From: Candidatus Latescibacterota bacterium
GTDB lineage: Bacteria > Latescibacterota > UBA2968 > UBA8231
Length of the DNA: 64,000 nt
NCBI GenBank assembly: GCA_965221775.1
Contig: CBDCSU010000006.1
Coordinates: 704,001-768,000 of the forward strand
Reading direction: 5' to 3'
Part shown: piece after piece, positions 9,901-18,610 of the stretch
Layout of the letters: the number at the start of each line of letters is the position of its first letter
Position numbering within the stretch: position 1 is the stretch's first letter
Program-made: the position numbers and the translations under genes
The notes under the pieces: model-generated
Seen by the model: only the letters and a program-made list of their open reading frames with translations
Database searches by the model: none
What the model was told of the DNA's origin: nothing

Positions 9901-11666
9901 GGGATCTCCAGATCCCGCCGGCCGATCGTGTCGGCCCCGTCGACGACGGTGAGCCGCAGCCTCGCCACTTGGGAGGAGGAAAAGCCGCCGGACACGCGGG
10001 CCCGGGGCGGGGTCGGCAGGGCGCCTCCCAGGTGGTGGACGTCCGGCCGCAGCTCGGGCAACTCGAAACGAGAAGGGGTGACGGTGAGCAGGTCGTCCAG
10101 CGGCTGCAGTGTCAGGACCGCCCCGCGGGTGGTCCGCCCGCCCCGGTTCACGGGGTCGAATTGCAGCACCCCTTCCTCGCCGGCCACGAGGACGCCGTCG
10201 CCGGTCTGGTCGCGCACCGTCACGACCCCGAACTCGATCCGCGGTCCACCGATCTCGACCCGGGCCTCGAGCCCTCTCTCCGTCACCTCGATGGCGGTGA
10301 CGCTGAACGTGCTCCGGCCCTCCCCGTCGGCGGAACTCGGGTTCGTGTGGGCCGTGAACTGCGTGCGTCCGCCGGGTCCGAAGACGTCGGTGGCGTCGCC
10401 GAGGTTGCCTCCGTGGGCCTCGGCATACGCCTCGTCCCCGGCCCAGAAGTCGAGGTTGTCGCCGCCGTGGAGCGGGTCCGGCGTGCGGCCCATGGGGAAC
10501 CCGCCCTCCTGCCAGCGGCCGTCGGCGCACTCCAGATCGACAACCCAGTGAGACTGGGAGACGTCGCCGGTGCGGTTGCCGGTGACGTGCCAGATGAGCA
10601 GGCCCTCGGCCGGGATCCCCCGGTCGTACCAGGAGGAGCGGGTCCGGTACTCCAGCAGGAAGTACTCCTCCCCGCCGGCGGGGATGCGGACCAGGTCTCC
10701 CGTCCTCGCCACGTCCCGCAGGACGATCCGCTGCGACGGTTGGTCGATCTCGGTGATGGCGGACCATCCGAGGCGGAGACGGCTCCACGCGGAGAAGCTG
10801 ACGGGGCCGTCGCCGCCCCCCCAGCCGAGGGCCCCCCAGCCCATGAGGCCCCAGTTGCCGATGCCCGCCGAATCGTCGGCCGGGTCCCGCGGCTCCTCCC
10901 GGCTGAGATAGGCCACGTTGTAGAGGTCCTTCAGCCCGAAGAGGGTGTGCCCCAGCTCGTGGGCGACGGTGCCCGCCGCCTCCGGGAAGGAGCGGCTCTG
11001 GGCGACCAGGCCGAGGCGATAAGTGATCGGGTTCCCCGCGAGGTCCGGGTCGGCGGTGGCCGCGGGTTCGAGGAGCCCCAGATCGCCGATCCCGGTGGCG
11101 CCCCCGAGGAGGAAGTTGCGCGGCAGGGCGGGTGTGAGAAGGACGAGGAGATCCACCTCTCCATCGTCGTCGCCGGAGTCCGGCCGCCCGTCGGGGCCGT
11201 CGCTGTCGAACCGGGCGAGGTCCAGATCTTCGTCCACCTGGCGCAGGATCTCCCGCACGAAGTCCGCATAGCGGCCGGGTTTCGTGGGACCGGCCGCCAC
11301 GTAGTCGATGGCGTCGCCCGAGGCGAGGTAGCGCCTTGGCGCCACGACGCCGCGGAGGGTCAGGCTGCCGAAGGACATCTCCCGGTAGAAGTGGCTGACG
11401 CTGCCGGGACGATCCGGGTCGAAGAGAGACTCGGCCCAGAAGGGCACGCCGGCCTGCTGGCCGCGGAAGCCGGCGAAGACCACCAGGGCGGTGACCTGCG
11501 AAAGGGGAGTGGAGGCGGCGGCCCCGGCCGGTCTCGAGGCGGCGATCGGGGCCTCGCCCCGGGAGGGCGGGGACGCGGCCCCGGCGGTCTGGGTGGAGAC
11601 CGCCAGAAGACCTGCCAGCAGCCAGGGGGATCCCCGGCGCCCCCTGCAGCCGGGGATGTCGCCCAT
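6963..11666 (-). CDS. Secreted M6 (immune inhibitor A-like) metalloprotease with BNR/Asp-box propeller and C-terminal FlgD-Ig/T9SS-like domain
   Basis: Signal-like N-terminus; AHELGHTLFGLKDLY and GNWGLMGWG; repeated SxDxGxTW Asp-boxes; YPNPFN..ASGLYFYRL..MLIR. Start is inferred. Confidence 0.85.
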   Translation of the reverse strand: MGDIPGCRGRRGSPWLLAGLLAVSTQTAGAASPPSRGEAPIAASRPAGAAASTPLSQVTALVVFAGFRGQQAGVPFWAESLFDPDRPGSVSHFYREMSFGSLTLRGVVAPRRYLASGDAIDYVAAGPTKPGRYADFVREILRQVDEDLDLARFDSDGPDGRPDSGDDDGEVDLLVLLTPALPRNFLLGGATGIGDLGLLEPAATADPDLAGNPITYRLGLVAQSRSFPEAAGTVAHELGHTLFGLKDLYNVAYLSREEPRDPADDSAGIGNWGLMGWGALGWGGGDGPVSFSAWSRLRLGWSAITEIDQPSQRIVLRDVARTGDLVRIPAGGEEYFLLEYRTRSSWYDRGIPAEGLLIWHVTGNRTGDVSQSHWVVDLECADGRWQEGGFPMGRTPDPLHGGDNLDFWAGDEAYAEAHGGNLGDATDVFGPGGRTQFTAHTNPSSADGEGRSTFSVTAIEVTERGLEARVEIGGPRIEFGVVTVRDQTGDGVLVAGEEGVLQFDPVNRGGRTTRGAVLTLQPLDDLLTVTPSRFELPELRPDVHHLGGALPTPPRARVSGGFSSSQVARLRLTVVDGADTIGRRDLEIPVISARQEGLQWQVRDWQGTDRIDPGDLFHLDLRLPATAPDLLPALSFHLASPGNAALRVSDGAVRFAAEGPESARSSRSPEFLALAGAAGTELTFVLQVRTRFQVWTDTAAFMVTRLPDITPPRVQYVRLSPTREGLSVRVGRRFIHEGSPIRGVAARIHGLPDSTLRAEVSMAERDGVYEASWEGPAGAYSVSVVVEDANGNVGESEASRVRVGSVGDPPRVVEPAGTDPGAVPALAGAWRPEGPGIPLQVPLQQIHPAPSGAWYGRTRWRVWRSADEGATWQPAPFMLAEIGTFGWRFSHLDVTSTVRGDAEDPLTAYVVEGGPPHSGFKRVYSTLDGGATWSAVPMPEGVDAAFVDDHRPDRLYAAAEGAIFISDDGGRRWRQFPVEGRALGVGSHPADPGRTYAWVDSSEGEGGRLWRLDESGASPVGTSPVRYVRDPPVPDPWTPGGFYLPVYGGLRHTSDEGATWRMLDMDVGSAIEGLVVSDYEPGLIYAHSDRRLYRSHDGGETWQGTGARFGAYDDVEGVRTLGPSGLLVETPGGVYVSTDRGETAAPAMVEETGPPVGTLWFDHLDRLHMTSLQSREGERYIGLYRQRSGAWQWLESWRYFPWVRGIYEVVFQDPWDGEVLIAHLLGRLYMRSATGGVTWEPVESNAFGTSFSANPFPPRPSIFADRLLRGVIYVGDAGLWMSPDHGRTWESVGPYAEREDSSMGDLRPGGALLASRDSLAVLYGDSLWVGHKDGRDWRVVGRLEPGTSGLDLARHPVDPGVLYAASDAGCFVSADAGRTWRRILEPRSGSWRTARLRGHPREPNSLYLAADRELYHSPDRGATWRALDTGYPGVPWITDVAVDPLDPSTLYVATSAGLFSMESPPTSVALDSAVPRTTELMRSYPNPFNAGTVIPFRLGTAGGVRIDIYNLLGQRVRRLLDEPRVPGLHKVRWTGTDDRGAPVASGLYFYRLTTGEVAETRRCMLIR

Positions 11667-11867
11667 GAGGCTCGCTCGGATCAACAGGGTTGCGGTGGGT
11701 GGACCGCCCCCCGCCCAAGGCACGATGGACGGGGAGCGGCCCCGGCCATGCGAGGCCCGGTCGCATGGCGCAGGTCGAAGATCCACCCCAAGGAACCTGC
11801 AAAGGTGGACCTTGACCAGATCCGGCGACCGGGCCGAGAGGCGGCGGTCCGGTCAGCCGCCGCGCTC

Positions 11868-11978
11868 TCAGGCGGCGAGGGAGAGGGTGGCGTAGTGGGC
11901 GAAGGTGGACAGGCCGGCGAAGCACAGACTGATGGCCACGGGAATGGCGATCTCTCCGGTGATGCGAAGGATCCTCAT
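11868..11978 (-). CDS. 36-aa hydrophobic small protein (sigma54 peptide family, member 1)
   Basis: MRILRITGEIAIPVAISLCFAGLSTFAHYATLSLAA; RBS GAGGAGG; sigma54 promoter at 12026-12041. Confidence 0.7.
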   Translation of the reverse strand: MRILRITGEIAIPVAISLCFAGLSTFAHYATLSLAA

Positions 11979-12025
11979 GTCGTCCTCCTCGGGCGAAGGG
12001 TCGTGAAGCTGACGCCCTCCACCTA

Positions 12026-12041
12026 TGCAACCGACGTGCCA
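12026..12041 (-). promoter_or_regulatory. sigma54 (RpoN) -24/-12 promoter
   Basis: Minus strand reads TGGCACGTCGGTTGCA, a full match to TGGCACG-N4-TTGCW. Confidence 0.85.
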
Positions 12042-12104
12042 GGTCCGTTTCTCGGGGTGGCATGCGCCGAGGCGGACTTCACTGGTGACCCGTTTCGCAC
12101 CAGA

Positions 12105-12124
12105 GGTGTTCACACGTGAACACC
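12105..12124. promoter_or_regulatory. Candidate enhancer (UAS) for a sigma54 activator
   Basis: Perfect 9-bp inverted repeat GGTGTTCAC-AC-GTGAACACC containing TGT-N10-ACA, between two divergent sigma54 promoters. Confidence 0.6.
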
Positions 12125-12244
12125 CCTCACGCGCCCGGGCCGGTCGCTGGCCGGCTCCGGCCTGCCCTTTCAGGCCGCCGGCGTCTGAGGTCGCGGGTCA
12201 GGGCCCCTTGTGCGGGCGAGCAGGATCCTGCCAGCCCCGGCGAC

Positions 12245-12260
12245 TGGCACAGGCCTTGCG
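12245..12260 (+). promoter_or_regulatory. sigma54 (RpoN) -24/-12 promoter
   Basis: TGGCACAGGCCTTGCG. Confidence 0.8.
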
Positions 12261-12294
12261 CACACCTGGACGTCTCGAAGAGAAGGAGGAAGGG

Positions 12295-12414
12295 ATGGTA
12301 CGGACGAAGCTGTTGCAGGACTTGGCGCTGCCAGGTGCCGTGACTCTGAGCTATGCCTACGCCGCCGTCATGGCTTTCACGAGGCTCGGACAGGTGCTCG
12401 AGAACCTGGCCTGA
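12295..12414 (+). CDS. 39-aa hydrophobic small protein (sigma54 peptide family, member 2)
   Basis: MVRTKLLQDLALPGAVTLSYAYAAVMAFTRLGQVLENLA; RBS AAGGAGGA. Confidence 0.7.
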   Translation: MVRTKLLQDLALPGAVTLSYAYAAVMAFTRLGQVLENLA

Positions 12415-12433
12415 ACGCGCGGCCCCGGCGCCG

Positions 12434-13558
12434 CTAGGGCTCTTCCAGGATCGCCAGGGCCGCCTCGATCCGGCCCACGGCGGCCCGGTCCGCCTCCAGG
12501 GCCGCGCCGATCAGCCGGCGGGCCTCGGCCAGCTCTTCGGGGGTGTACTCCCCGCGGCCGTGAGCGGCATCGACGAGGGCGGACAACTCCACCAGGGCCT
12601 GGTGCTCGCGGCCGTAGTCGGCGGCGGCCGCGGCCAGCGGCTCCGCCGCTTCCGGGAGCAGGCCGGTCAGCTCGCGCATGTAGTCAGCCGCAAGCTCCCG
12701 CCGCCAGGTGAGGATCCTGGCGTGATGCCGCGTCGGCTGCTTGACCGCGTCCGCGGACTCGAAGGCGGCGCTCCAGGCCTCGTAGGCGGCGAAGCCCTGG
12801 GGCCGGGTCTGGGGCCGTCCGGCCTGCTCGAAGCGGGTGCCCGCGGCAAAGGCGGCGGCGTTGCGCAGGGCCATGAGGTGGGTCGCCCGCTCGTCCGCCT
12901 CGGTGGGCCCCAAGTGGGCGGTCACGTTGAACCACCCGCCGGGATCACCGGGGCCGAGGGCGTCGTAGCGCACGGCGTAGTCGACCTCGACGAAAGGGTG
13001 GCGGATGGTGCAGGTCTCCGCCTCGGGGTCGTAGCCGACGATGAGCCCCCAGCAGTAGGCGTGGTGCGCGGGGTGATCGCTCTGCTTCTGCTCCAGGCTC
13101 ATGGGCTGCCACACCAGCACCGGGATCCCCCGCTCCAGGCTGGCCACGGCGGCATCCCGGGCCTCGGCCCTCAGCGCCGGCCAGTCGACGCCGACGCTCT
13201 TGTTGTTGGCTTCGTAGACGCGGAACCGGGCCAGCTCGGGCAACAGGTCCACGGCCAGGCTCCAGTCGAGGTTGTCGTGATAGACCATGGCGCCGCCTTC
13301 CTCCATGGCGAACTGGAAGGCGTGTCCCAGGACGCCCTGGAGGCGCGCCATCGACCACTCGGGGCGGCCGGCGGCCGCCATCAGGGGATGGAGGCAGGAG
13401 GCGAGGGTGGTGCCCTTGTGGGGCTGCAGGGGCTTGACGTCGACCGTGACGTTCATGGGCTCGGGCTCCGGGTCCCCCGCACCGTGGCCGTAACCGATGG
13501 AAGCGGCGCCCAGGACGGCGAGGACAACCCCGCCGGCCCGGGCGCAACCCCCATTCAT
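12434..13558 (-). CDS. Hypothetical protein, possible BtrH/C39-like papain fold
   Basis: Coding-like ORF starting 4 nt after the TonB receptor. ASLERGIPVLVW and WGLIVGYD are reminiscent of C39-like domains. Confidence 0.55.
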   Translation of the reverse strand: MNGGCARAGGVVLAVLGAASIGYGHGAGDPEPEPMNVTVDVKPLQPHKGTTLASCLHPLMAAAGRPEWSMARLQGVLGHAFQFAMEEGGAMVYHDNLDWSLAVDLLPELARFRVYEANNKSVGVDWPALRAEARDAAVASLERGIPVLVWQPMSLEQKQSDHPAHHAYCWGLIVGYDPEAETCTIRHPFVEVDYAVRYDALGPGDPGGWFNVTAHLGPTEADERATHLMALRNAAAFAAGTRFEQAGRPQTRPQGFAAYEAWSAAFESADAVKQPTRHHARILTWRRELAADYMRELTGLLPEAAEPLAAAAADYGREHQALVELSALVDAAHGRGEYTPEELAEARRLIGAALEADRAAVGRIEAALAILEEP

Positions 13559-13562
13559 GGGT

Positions 13563-16500
13563 TCAGCCGCCGAGTCCCCAGGTGACGGCCAGCTTGATCC
13601 GCCGGCCCTTGGGGTCGTGGGTGAAGCCGTCGTACGCCTGCTCGATGTTGACCAGGGGCGGCCTCTTGTCGAGCAGGTTCATACCCGAGAGCACCATGTT
13701 GGCGCCCATGGGCAGGCTCCACAGAAAGCTCACATCCAAGGTGACAAAGGATTCGATGGTGCCGAACAGGTCGCTGACCGCCTCATTGCCGGAGTCCAGC
13801 GACCCCCGGTCCTCGTAGGACGAGATGTAGTTGAGGTAGCTCACGAGGCCGTAGGCTTTCCAGTGATAACCGGCGGAGGCCCGCCCCTTCAGCTTGGGGA
13901 GGGAAGTGGCGATCGGATTGCCGAAGTTCAGGTAGCCGGCCGCGTCGGCGCCTTCCTGCAGCACCAGGTCGCCCAGCATCAGGGCCTTCGTCTCGTACTC
14001 GAGGATGTAGCTGCCGTCCAGGCTGGCGGAGAGTTGCCCCGGGCCCGCGGGGCTCCGCGTCCCCAGGTGCATGTCGAAGCCCGAGGTCTTCACCCCCGGC
14101 CAGTTGACGATGTCGACCTGCACCCGCTCGAGTGCGGAGGCCGCGCAGGTCCCCGTTCCGACCCCGTCCGGGCAGACGATGAACCCCTTCAGAGCCTCCT
14201 TGTTCGCCTCGTCGGCATAGAGCTCTGTGATTCTCCCGTGCGGCATGGCACCGATGACATCGCTGAAGTCGTAGCTCCAGTAGTCGAAGGTCGCATCGAG
14301 ACCGGCCTCCGTGGCAAAGACGAGGCCCGCGTTGTAGGTGAAGGCCCGCTCGGGCTTGAGGTCCTTGCTGCCGAACCGGTCCACCGTCTGGTAGGCGCCC
14401 GTCTCGTTGATCCACTCGAGCGTCGACAGGGGGTTCTCGTTCACGTCGTCCAGCGACGGCGTGCGGAACGTCGTCTGCACCGAGCCGCGCAGGAACAGGG
14501 ACTGGGTGGAGGACTCGGCCAACTGAAGGCGCCAGCCGAGCTTGGGATCGAAGCTGCTGGCCACGTCGTGGAACTCGTAGTTGGCGGCCAGCTGCGTGTC
14601 GATGCGCGGACCCAGGCTCAGGGGAATCTCCGCGAAGAGGCGGTGCACCGTCTGCGATACGTCATAGGGGTTGTTCACGTTGGTGAAGGCGTAGGGACCG
14701 AACCTGTCCTCCTCTGAACACCCGTCATCGCCCACGACCGGGCAGGGGTTGATGGTCACGTCGCCCGCGTCGTTGGGATCGCCGCTGGCATTCAGCAAGC
14801 GGAACTGGTAGCCCGTGGCGTAGCTGGCCACGTCCTCGATCCAGGTTCCGCTCAGCGTGGCATCGGCAACCAGCATGTCCGCCGTGCTCTGCAGATCGAC
14901 TTCATTGTCTGCCAGCCAGTTCCGCAACTCGGGGGTGTTGGCCAGCTCGGAGCGGTAACCGGGGTTCGCCTGGCTCGCATACCTGGAGCCGTGCTGGTCC
15001 GTGTGCTCGATGGCATTGCCGAAGGGGTTGTAGTACTGGCAGTTGCCCTGACCCGCCGCCTGGCCGTTGAGCGGACCGAGCCGCATCCCCGCCAGAGAGT
15101 TGTTGTCCGCCTCCACGCCGACGCCGCAGTCGGGTCCTCCGAAGCCGCGGAAGCCGAGGAAGAGCCGCTCGATGTACACGCCCGGAAGGTTGTAGTTGCC
15201 CTCGGTGCGGGAGTAGGAGAGGCCCAGGTCGAAGTTGGCCTCGCGGCCTCCCAAGGAGAGGTCGCGATTCGCCGAGGCCGCCAGGCGCATCGTGCTGGAG
15301 TCGCGGCCCAGGATGCGGCCGGGACCCGAGTTGCCGAAGGGGCGGCCGTTGAAATACCAGTTCTCGCCGGCCTGGCACTCGGCGTGGTACAGGTCTCCGT
15401 CCGACGCCCCGTACTCCTCGCAGAAGGCCTGCCGTCCCGGGTGGTCGGGCGCGACCTCCATGATGCTCGTGTCCGTCAGGGGGAAGGGAGGGTACGAAGG
15501 GGTGGTGTACCAGTTGGGGATGTCGGCCCGGGCCAGCAGACCTTCGACGTGATACTCCGTGCCGTCGGCCAGGGAACCGTTGATCTCGGAGAACAGACGG
15601 AGATGACTCATCTCCTCGATCAGGTTCTCGTACTGCTGGTAGCGGAAGCGGCAGGTCCAGGACTCCCGGAAGCCGCCGAAGGACTCGCAGTCGGGGGCGT
15701 GGATGGCAGCGGTCCAGGGGGCCGGGGCGCCGACGGCGAAGGTGCCCGGGTTCCCCAGGCTCGACCATCCGAGGCGCTGGCCGCCGCCGTGCCACGGCTG
15801 CAGCAGGTAGTCCCTTTCCGTAGACGGCAGCTCGCTGCGTCCCCGCCACTCCGCGGCCACGACCGCATGGGCGCCGCCGAGCTGGCCGCCCCATATGGCG
15901 CCCACGTCGGAGTCCCCCGCCCCGGCCAGGTACTCGTGCGCGGCGGAGACCTCGAAGCCCGTGAAGTCGGAGCGGGTCAGGAAGTTGGCGACCCCGGCCA
16001 CCGCGTCCGATCCGTAGATGGCCGCGGCCCCCTCCTTGAGGACCTCGACCCGGTCCAGGGCGATGGAGGGGATGGCGTTCACGTCGACGAAACGGCCGCC
16101 GATGAGGCGCGCCGGGACGTAGGTCTGGCGGCGGCTGTTGATCAGCACCAGCGTCCGCGAGGCCCCCAGGCCGCGCAGGTTGACGTTGGCGATGCTCTCG
16201 GACAGCGTGGCGGCCTGGTTGGCGTTGTACCAGCTGCTGCGCTCGCCGATCACGCCGTGGCTGGCGCTCAGGTTCTTGAAGAAGTCGACCGCCTGCGGCG
16301 AGCCTTGCTCGGCCATCTCGTCGCGGCCGGTCACCGCGACGGCGTAGGTCGAGCTGATGTGGGAATCCTTGATCGCGGTGCCGGTGACTACGACCTCCTC
16401 CAGCTGGACGGCGCTGGCGGCCAGCTCCACCCGGACCGTGGCGGTCTCTCCGGCGGCGACCATGACGGTGGTGGTGGTGCTCTCGTAGCCGATCAGCTCG

Positions 16501-16733
16501 ATGGCGACCACGTGCTTGCCGGCGGGCACCTGTTCGAGGGTCGAACGGCCCTCCTCGTCGGAGAACCCGCCGACATCGATCGCCTCGATGAAGACCAGGG
16601 CCGACGGCAGGGCCTGTCCGCCGGCGTCGACGACGGTGACGGCCACCGCGCCGCTCCCCTGGGCGTGCGCCGGTCCCGCCCACAGCAAGGCCGCGGCGGC
16701 CAGGATGGCAAGAGACTGGTTGAGGATTCTCAT
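13563..16733 (-). CDS. TonB-dependent receptor with N-terminal carboxypeptidase-regulatory-like domain
   Basis: Signal peptide; TonB-box-like LEEVVVTG; plug ANVNLRGLGASRTLVLIN..DRVEVLKEGAAAIYGSDAVAGVANF; RBS GGAGGTG. Confidence 0.93.
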   Translation of the reverse strand: MRILNQSLAILAAAALLWAGPAHAQGSGAVAVTVVDAGGQALPSALVFIEAIDVGGFSDEEGRSTLEQVPAGKHVVAIELIGYESTTTTVMVAAGETATVRVELAASAVQLEEVVVTGTAIKDSHISSTYAVAVTGRDEMAEQGSPQAVDFFKNLSASHGVIGERSSWYNANQAATLSESIANVNLRGLGASRTLVLINSRRQTYVPARLIGGRFVDVNAIPSIALDRVEVLKEGAAAIYGSDAVAGVANFLTRSDFTGFEVSAAHEYLAGAGDSDVGAIWGGQLGGAHAVVAAEWRGRSELPSTERDYLLQPWHGGGQRLGWSSLGNPGTFAVGAPAPWTAAIHAPDCESFGGFRESWTCRFRYQQYENLIEEMSHLRLFSEINGSLADGTEYHVEGLLARADIPNWYTTPSYPPFPLTDTSIMEVAPDHPGRQAFCEEYGASDGDLYHAECQAGENWYFNGRPFGNSGPGRILGRDSSTMRLAASANRDLSLGGREANFDLGLSYSRTEGNYNLPGVYIERLFLGFRGFGGPDCGVGVEADNNSLAGMRLGPLNGQAAGQGNCQYYNPFGNAIEHTDQHGSRYASQANPGYRSELANTPELRNWLADNEVDLQSTADMLVADATLSGTWIEDVASYATGYQFRLLNASGDPNDAGDVTINPCPVVGDDGCSEEDRFGPYAFTNVNNPYDVSQTVHRLFAEIPLSLGPRIDTQLAANYEFHDVASSFDPKLGWRLQLAESSTQSLFLRGSVQTTFRTPSLDDVNENPLSTLEWINETGAYQTVDRFGSKDLKPERAFTYNAGLVFATEAGLDATFDYWSYDFSDVIGAMPHGRITELYADEANKEALKGFIVCPDGVGTGTCAASALERVQVDIVNWPGVKTSGFDMHLGTRSPAGPGQLSASLDGSYILEYETKALMLGDLVLQEGADAAGYLNFGNPIATSLPKLKGRASAGYHWKAYGLVSYLNYISSYEDRGSLDSGNEAVSDLFGTIESFVTLDVSFLWSLPMGANMVLSGMNLLDKRPPLVNIEQAYDGFTHDPKGRRIKLAVTWGLGG

Positions 16734-16765
16734 CAGATCACCTCCCTTTTTTTGCGTGGAACAAG

Positions 16766-16801
16766 GAAGGGCAACCCATTCTGCAACATGGGCTGCCCTT
16801 C
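16766..16801 (-). promoter_or_regulatory. 14-bp hairpin in the TonB receptor leader (attenuator/terminator-like)
   Basis: Minus-strand RNA GAAGGGCAGCCCAU-N8-AUGGGUUGCCCUUC then CUUGUU. The single imperfect pair is G-U only on the minus strand. Confidence 0.5.
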
Positions 16802-16919
16802 GGGGTCCGGAAAGGATGCTGCAGTTCGTCCGGTTCGGCCAAGATTGTAGTCCAATGACTTGGGGGACACAAAAAGGGACACGGAGACGATCGGCGAAGG
16901 GCGACCGGCGTCCTGCCGG

Positions 16920-17447
16920 TCAGACCAGCACAATGGCCAGGCCGGCCACCCCGTTCTGGAGAGTGTGGATCGCGGCGGTGACGAAGTAGGCGTGCCCCCA
17001 GGAGCGCGGTCTCCAGGCCAGCCAGGCGGTGGAGAACACCAGGAAGGTCCAGAAGATGCACAGCCCCCAGGCGACGGCGCTGAGGGAGTGCAGGACGGCC
17101 CAGACCGCCGCCGAGGACAGGGCAGCCGGCAGCCGGCGCCCGCCCCACAGGCGCATGAGCAGGGCCAGCAGGGGCGCCATGAGCAGGGTCTCGGCCAAGG
17201 GCGCGAAGAGGACGACCATCAGCAGGAACAGCGCCGGCGACATCCCCCTCAGAGGCGCCATGGGGTCCTCGCCGAGGAAGAGGTCGTGCCCGAGCAACTG
17301 GAACACGATCGACAGGACCAGGGCGATGGCCAGGGTCGGCGCCATGGCCAGCGGCCACGCGCGCAGGACGTAGCGCAAGGGGCCCACGCTGGTGTCGAGC
17401 AAGGGCCAGGCGAGGTTGCGCCAGAGCGGTTCAGCCGGGCGGTCCAT
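16920..17447 (-). CDS. CPBP (Abi/CAAX) family intramembrane protease
   Basis: Multi-TM protein with APLAETLL, WAVLHS, AAIHTLQN. Confidence 0.75.
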   Translation of the reverse strand: MDRPAEPLWRNLAWPLLDTSVGPLRYVLRAWPLAMAPTLAIALVLSIVFQLLGHDLFLGEDPMAPLRGMSPALFLLMVVLFAPLAETLLMAPLLALLMRLWGGRRLPAALSSAAVWAVLHSLSAVAWGLCIFWTFLVFSTAWLAWRPRSWGHAYFVTAAIHTLQNGVAGLAIVLV

Positions 17448-17565
17448 GGCTCGATAGTCGCCGAAGGGAGAGATCCCGGCAAGACGGTTTGCCGCTGCTC
17501 GAGGCGCGCCGGTAGATTGCGGCCCCCCGGAGCGATGCTCCCGGTGTCCCGCAACCGAGTTCCCC

Positions 17566-18597
17566 ATGCCTCCTTCCGAGCCTGCCACTGACTCCCGCCA
17601 GCGGCGCGAGACCGCCGGCCGCCGGCTGCGCGAAGCCGTCTGGCGCGGCGACCGGGCCGCCGTGGCCGCGGCCCTCGACCTGGATGGGTGAGCCGTCGAC
17701 GAGCCCGGGCCCCACCCCCGGTGGGGCGGCCGCCCGGCCCCGCTGCAACTGGCCGCCGAACGAGGACGGCTGGAGATCGCCCGCCTGCTGCTGGAGCGCG
17801 GCGCCGACGTCGAGGGGCCCGTGCAGGGCTACGACTGGAGCCCCCTGCAGCTGGCCGCCCACTGGCGCCGCCGCGAGCTGGCGGAGCTGCTGCTGGCGCA
17901 CGGCGCCCACCTCGACATCGCCGCCGCCGCCCTGCTCGGCGACGCCGCCGCCGTGGCGCGGCTGCTGCATGAGGACCCCGCCCTGGCCACGGCGCCCGCC
18001 CTCGACGGGGCGCCGCCCCTGCATTGCGCGGCCACCCCGCCGGTCGCCAGGCTCCTGCTGGACCGGGGCGCATCCCTGGACAGCGCGTCGATTGCCGCGG
18101 CGGCACGCCGCTGGACGCCGCCCTCGGCCGCGGCCCCCCAGGCCGGTCGGTGGCCGCCCTGCTAGTCGAGCGCGGCGCCCGGCCCGACCCCTGCCACCTG
18201 GCCGCCCTCGGCTGGACCGAGCGGCTGCTGCGCCGCATCGACGCCGATCCCGCGGCCCTCGGCTTCCGCGGCCGCATCGGGGTCAACGAGGTGGTGGGGA
18301 CGCCCCTGCACGCCGCCGTCCACGCGGGGCACGGCGCCCTGGGCGGCGGTCCTCGTCCGGCGCGGCGCCGACGTCGGCGCACGGGCCGACATGGGGCAGA
18401 CGCCCCTGCACCTGTGTGCCACGGCGGGCCTGGCGCGCCTCCTCGTCGAGGCCGGGGCCGACCCGGCGGCGGCGGACGGCGAGCACGGGACCGCGCCCCT
18501 CACGTGGGCCCGCGTCGGCCTGGAGATCCACGGGGACAGCCCGATGCGGCGGCGGCTGGTGGAGTACCTGGAGAGGGTGACGCCGGGGGCCCGCTGA
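17566..18597 (+). pseudogene. Ankyrin-repeat protein, disrupted
   Basis: Ankyrin motifs (SPLQLAA, PPLHCAA, GTPLDAA, GTPLHAA, GQTPLHL) lie in three segments. There is an in-frame TGA at 17689-17691 and frameshifts near 18090 and 18340. Confidence 0.8.
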
Positions 18598-18610
18598 GGG
18601 GCCCGGGGGA

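Noticed and set aside
7998-12119. 1373-aa ORF and other long antisense ORFs throughout the window
   Set aside because: Typical stop-poor antisense frames of high-GC genes, with no motifs. The opposite strand carries the recognisable proteins.
11868-12414. Small peptides as Flp/type IV pilins or type I toxins
   Set aside because: No G|xxxxEY prepilin motif and no evident antisense RNA or long structured leader. Not supported, though not excluded.
17689-17691. TGA in the ankyrin gene as selenocysteine
   Set aside because: No redox-motif context, and the gene also has two frameshifts.
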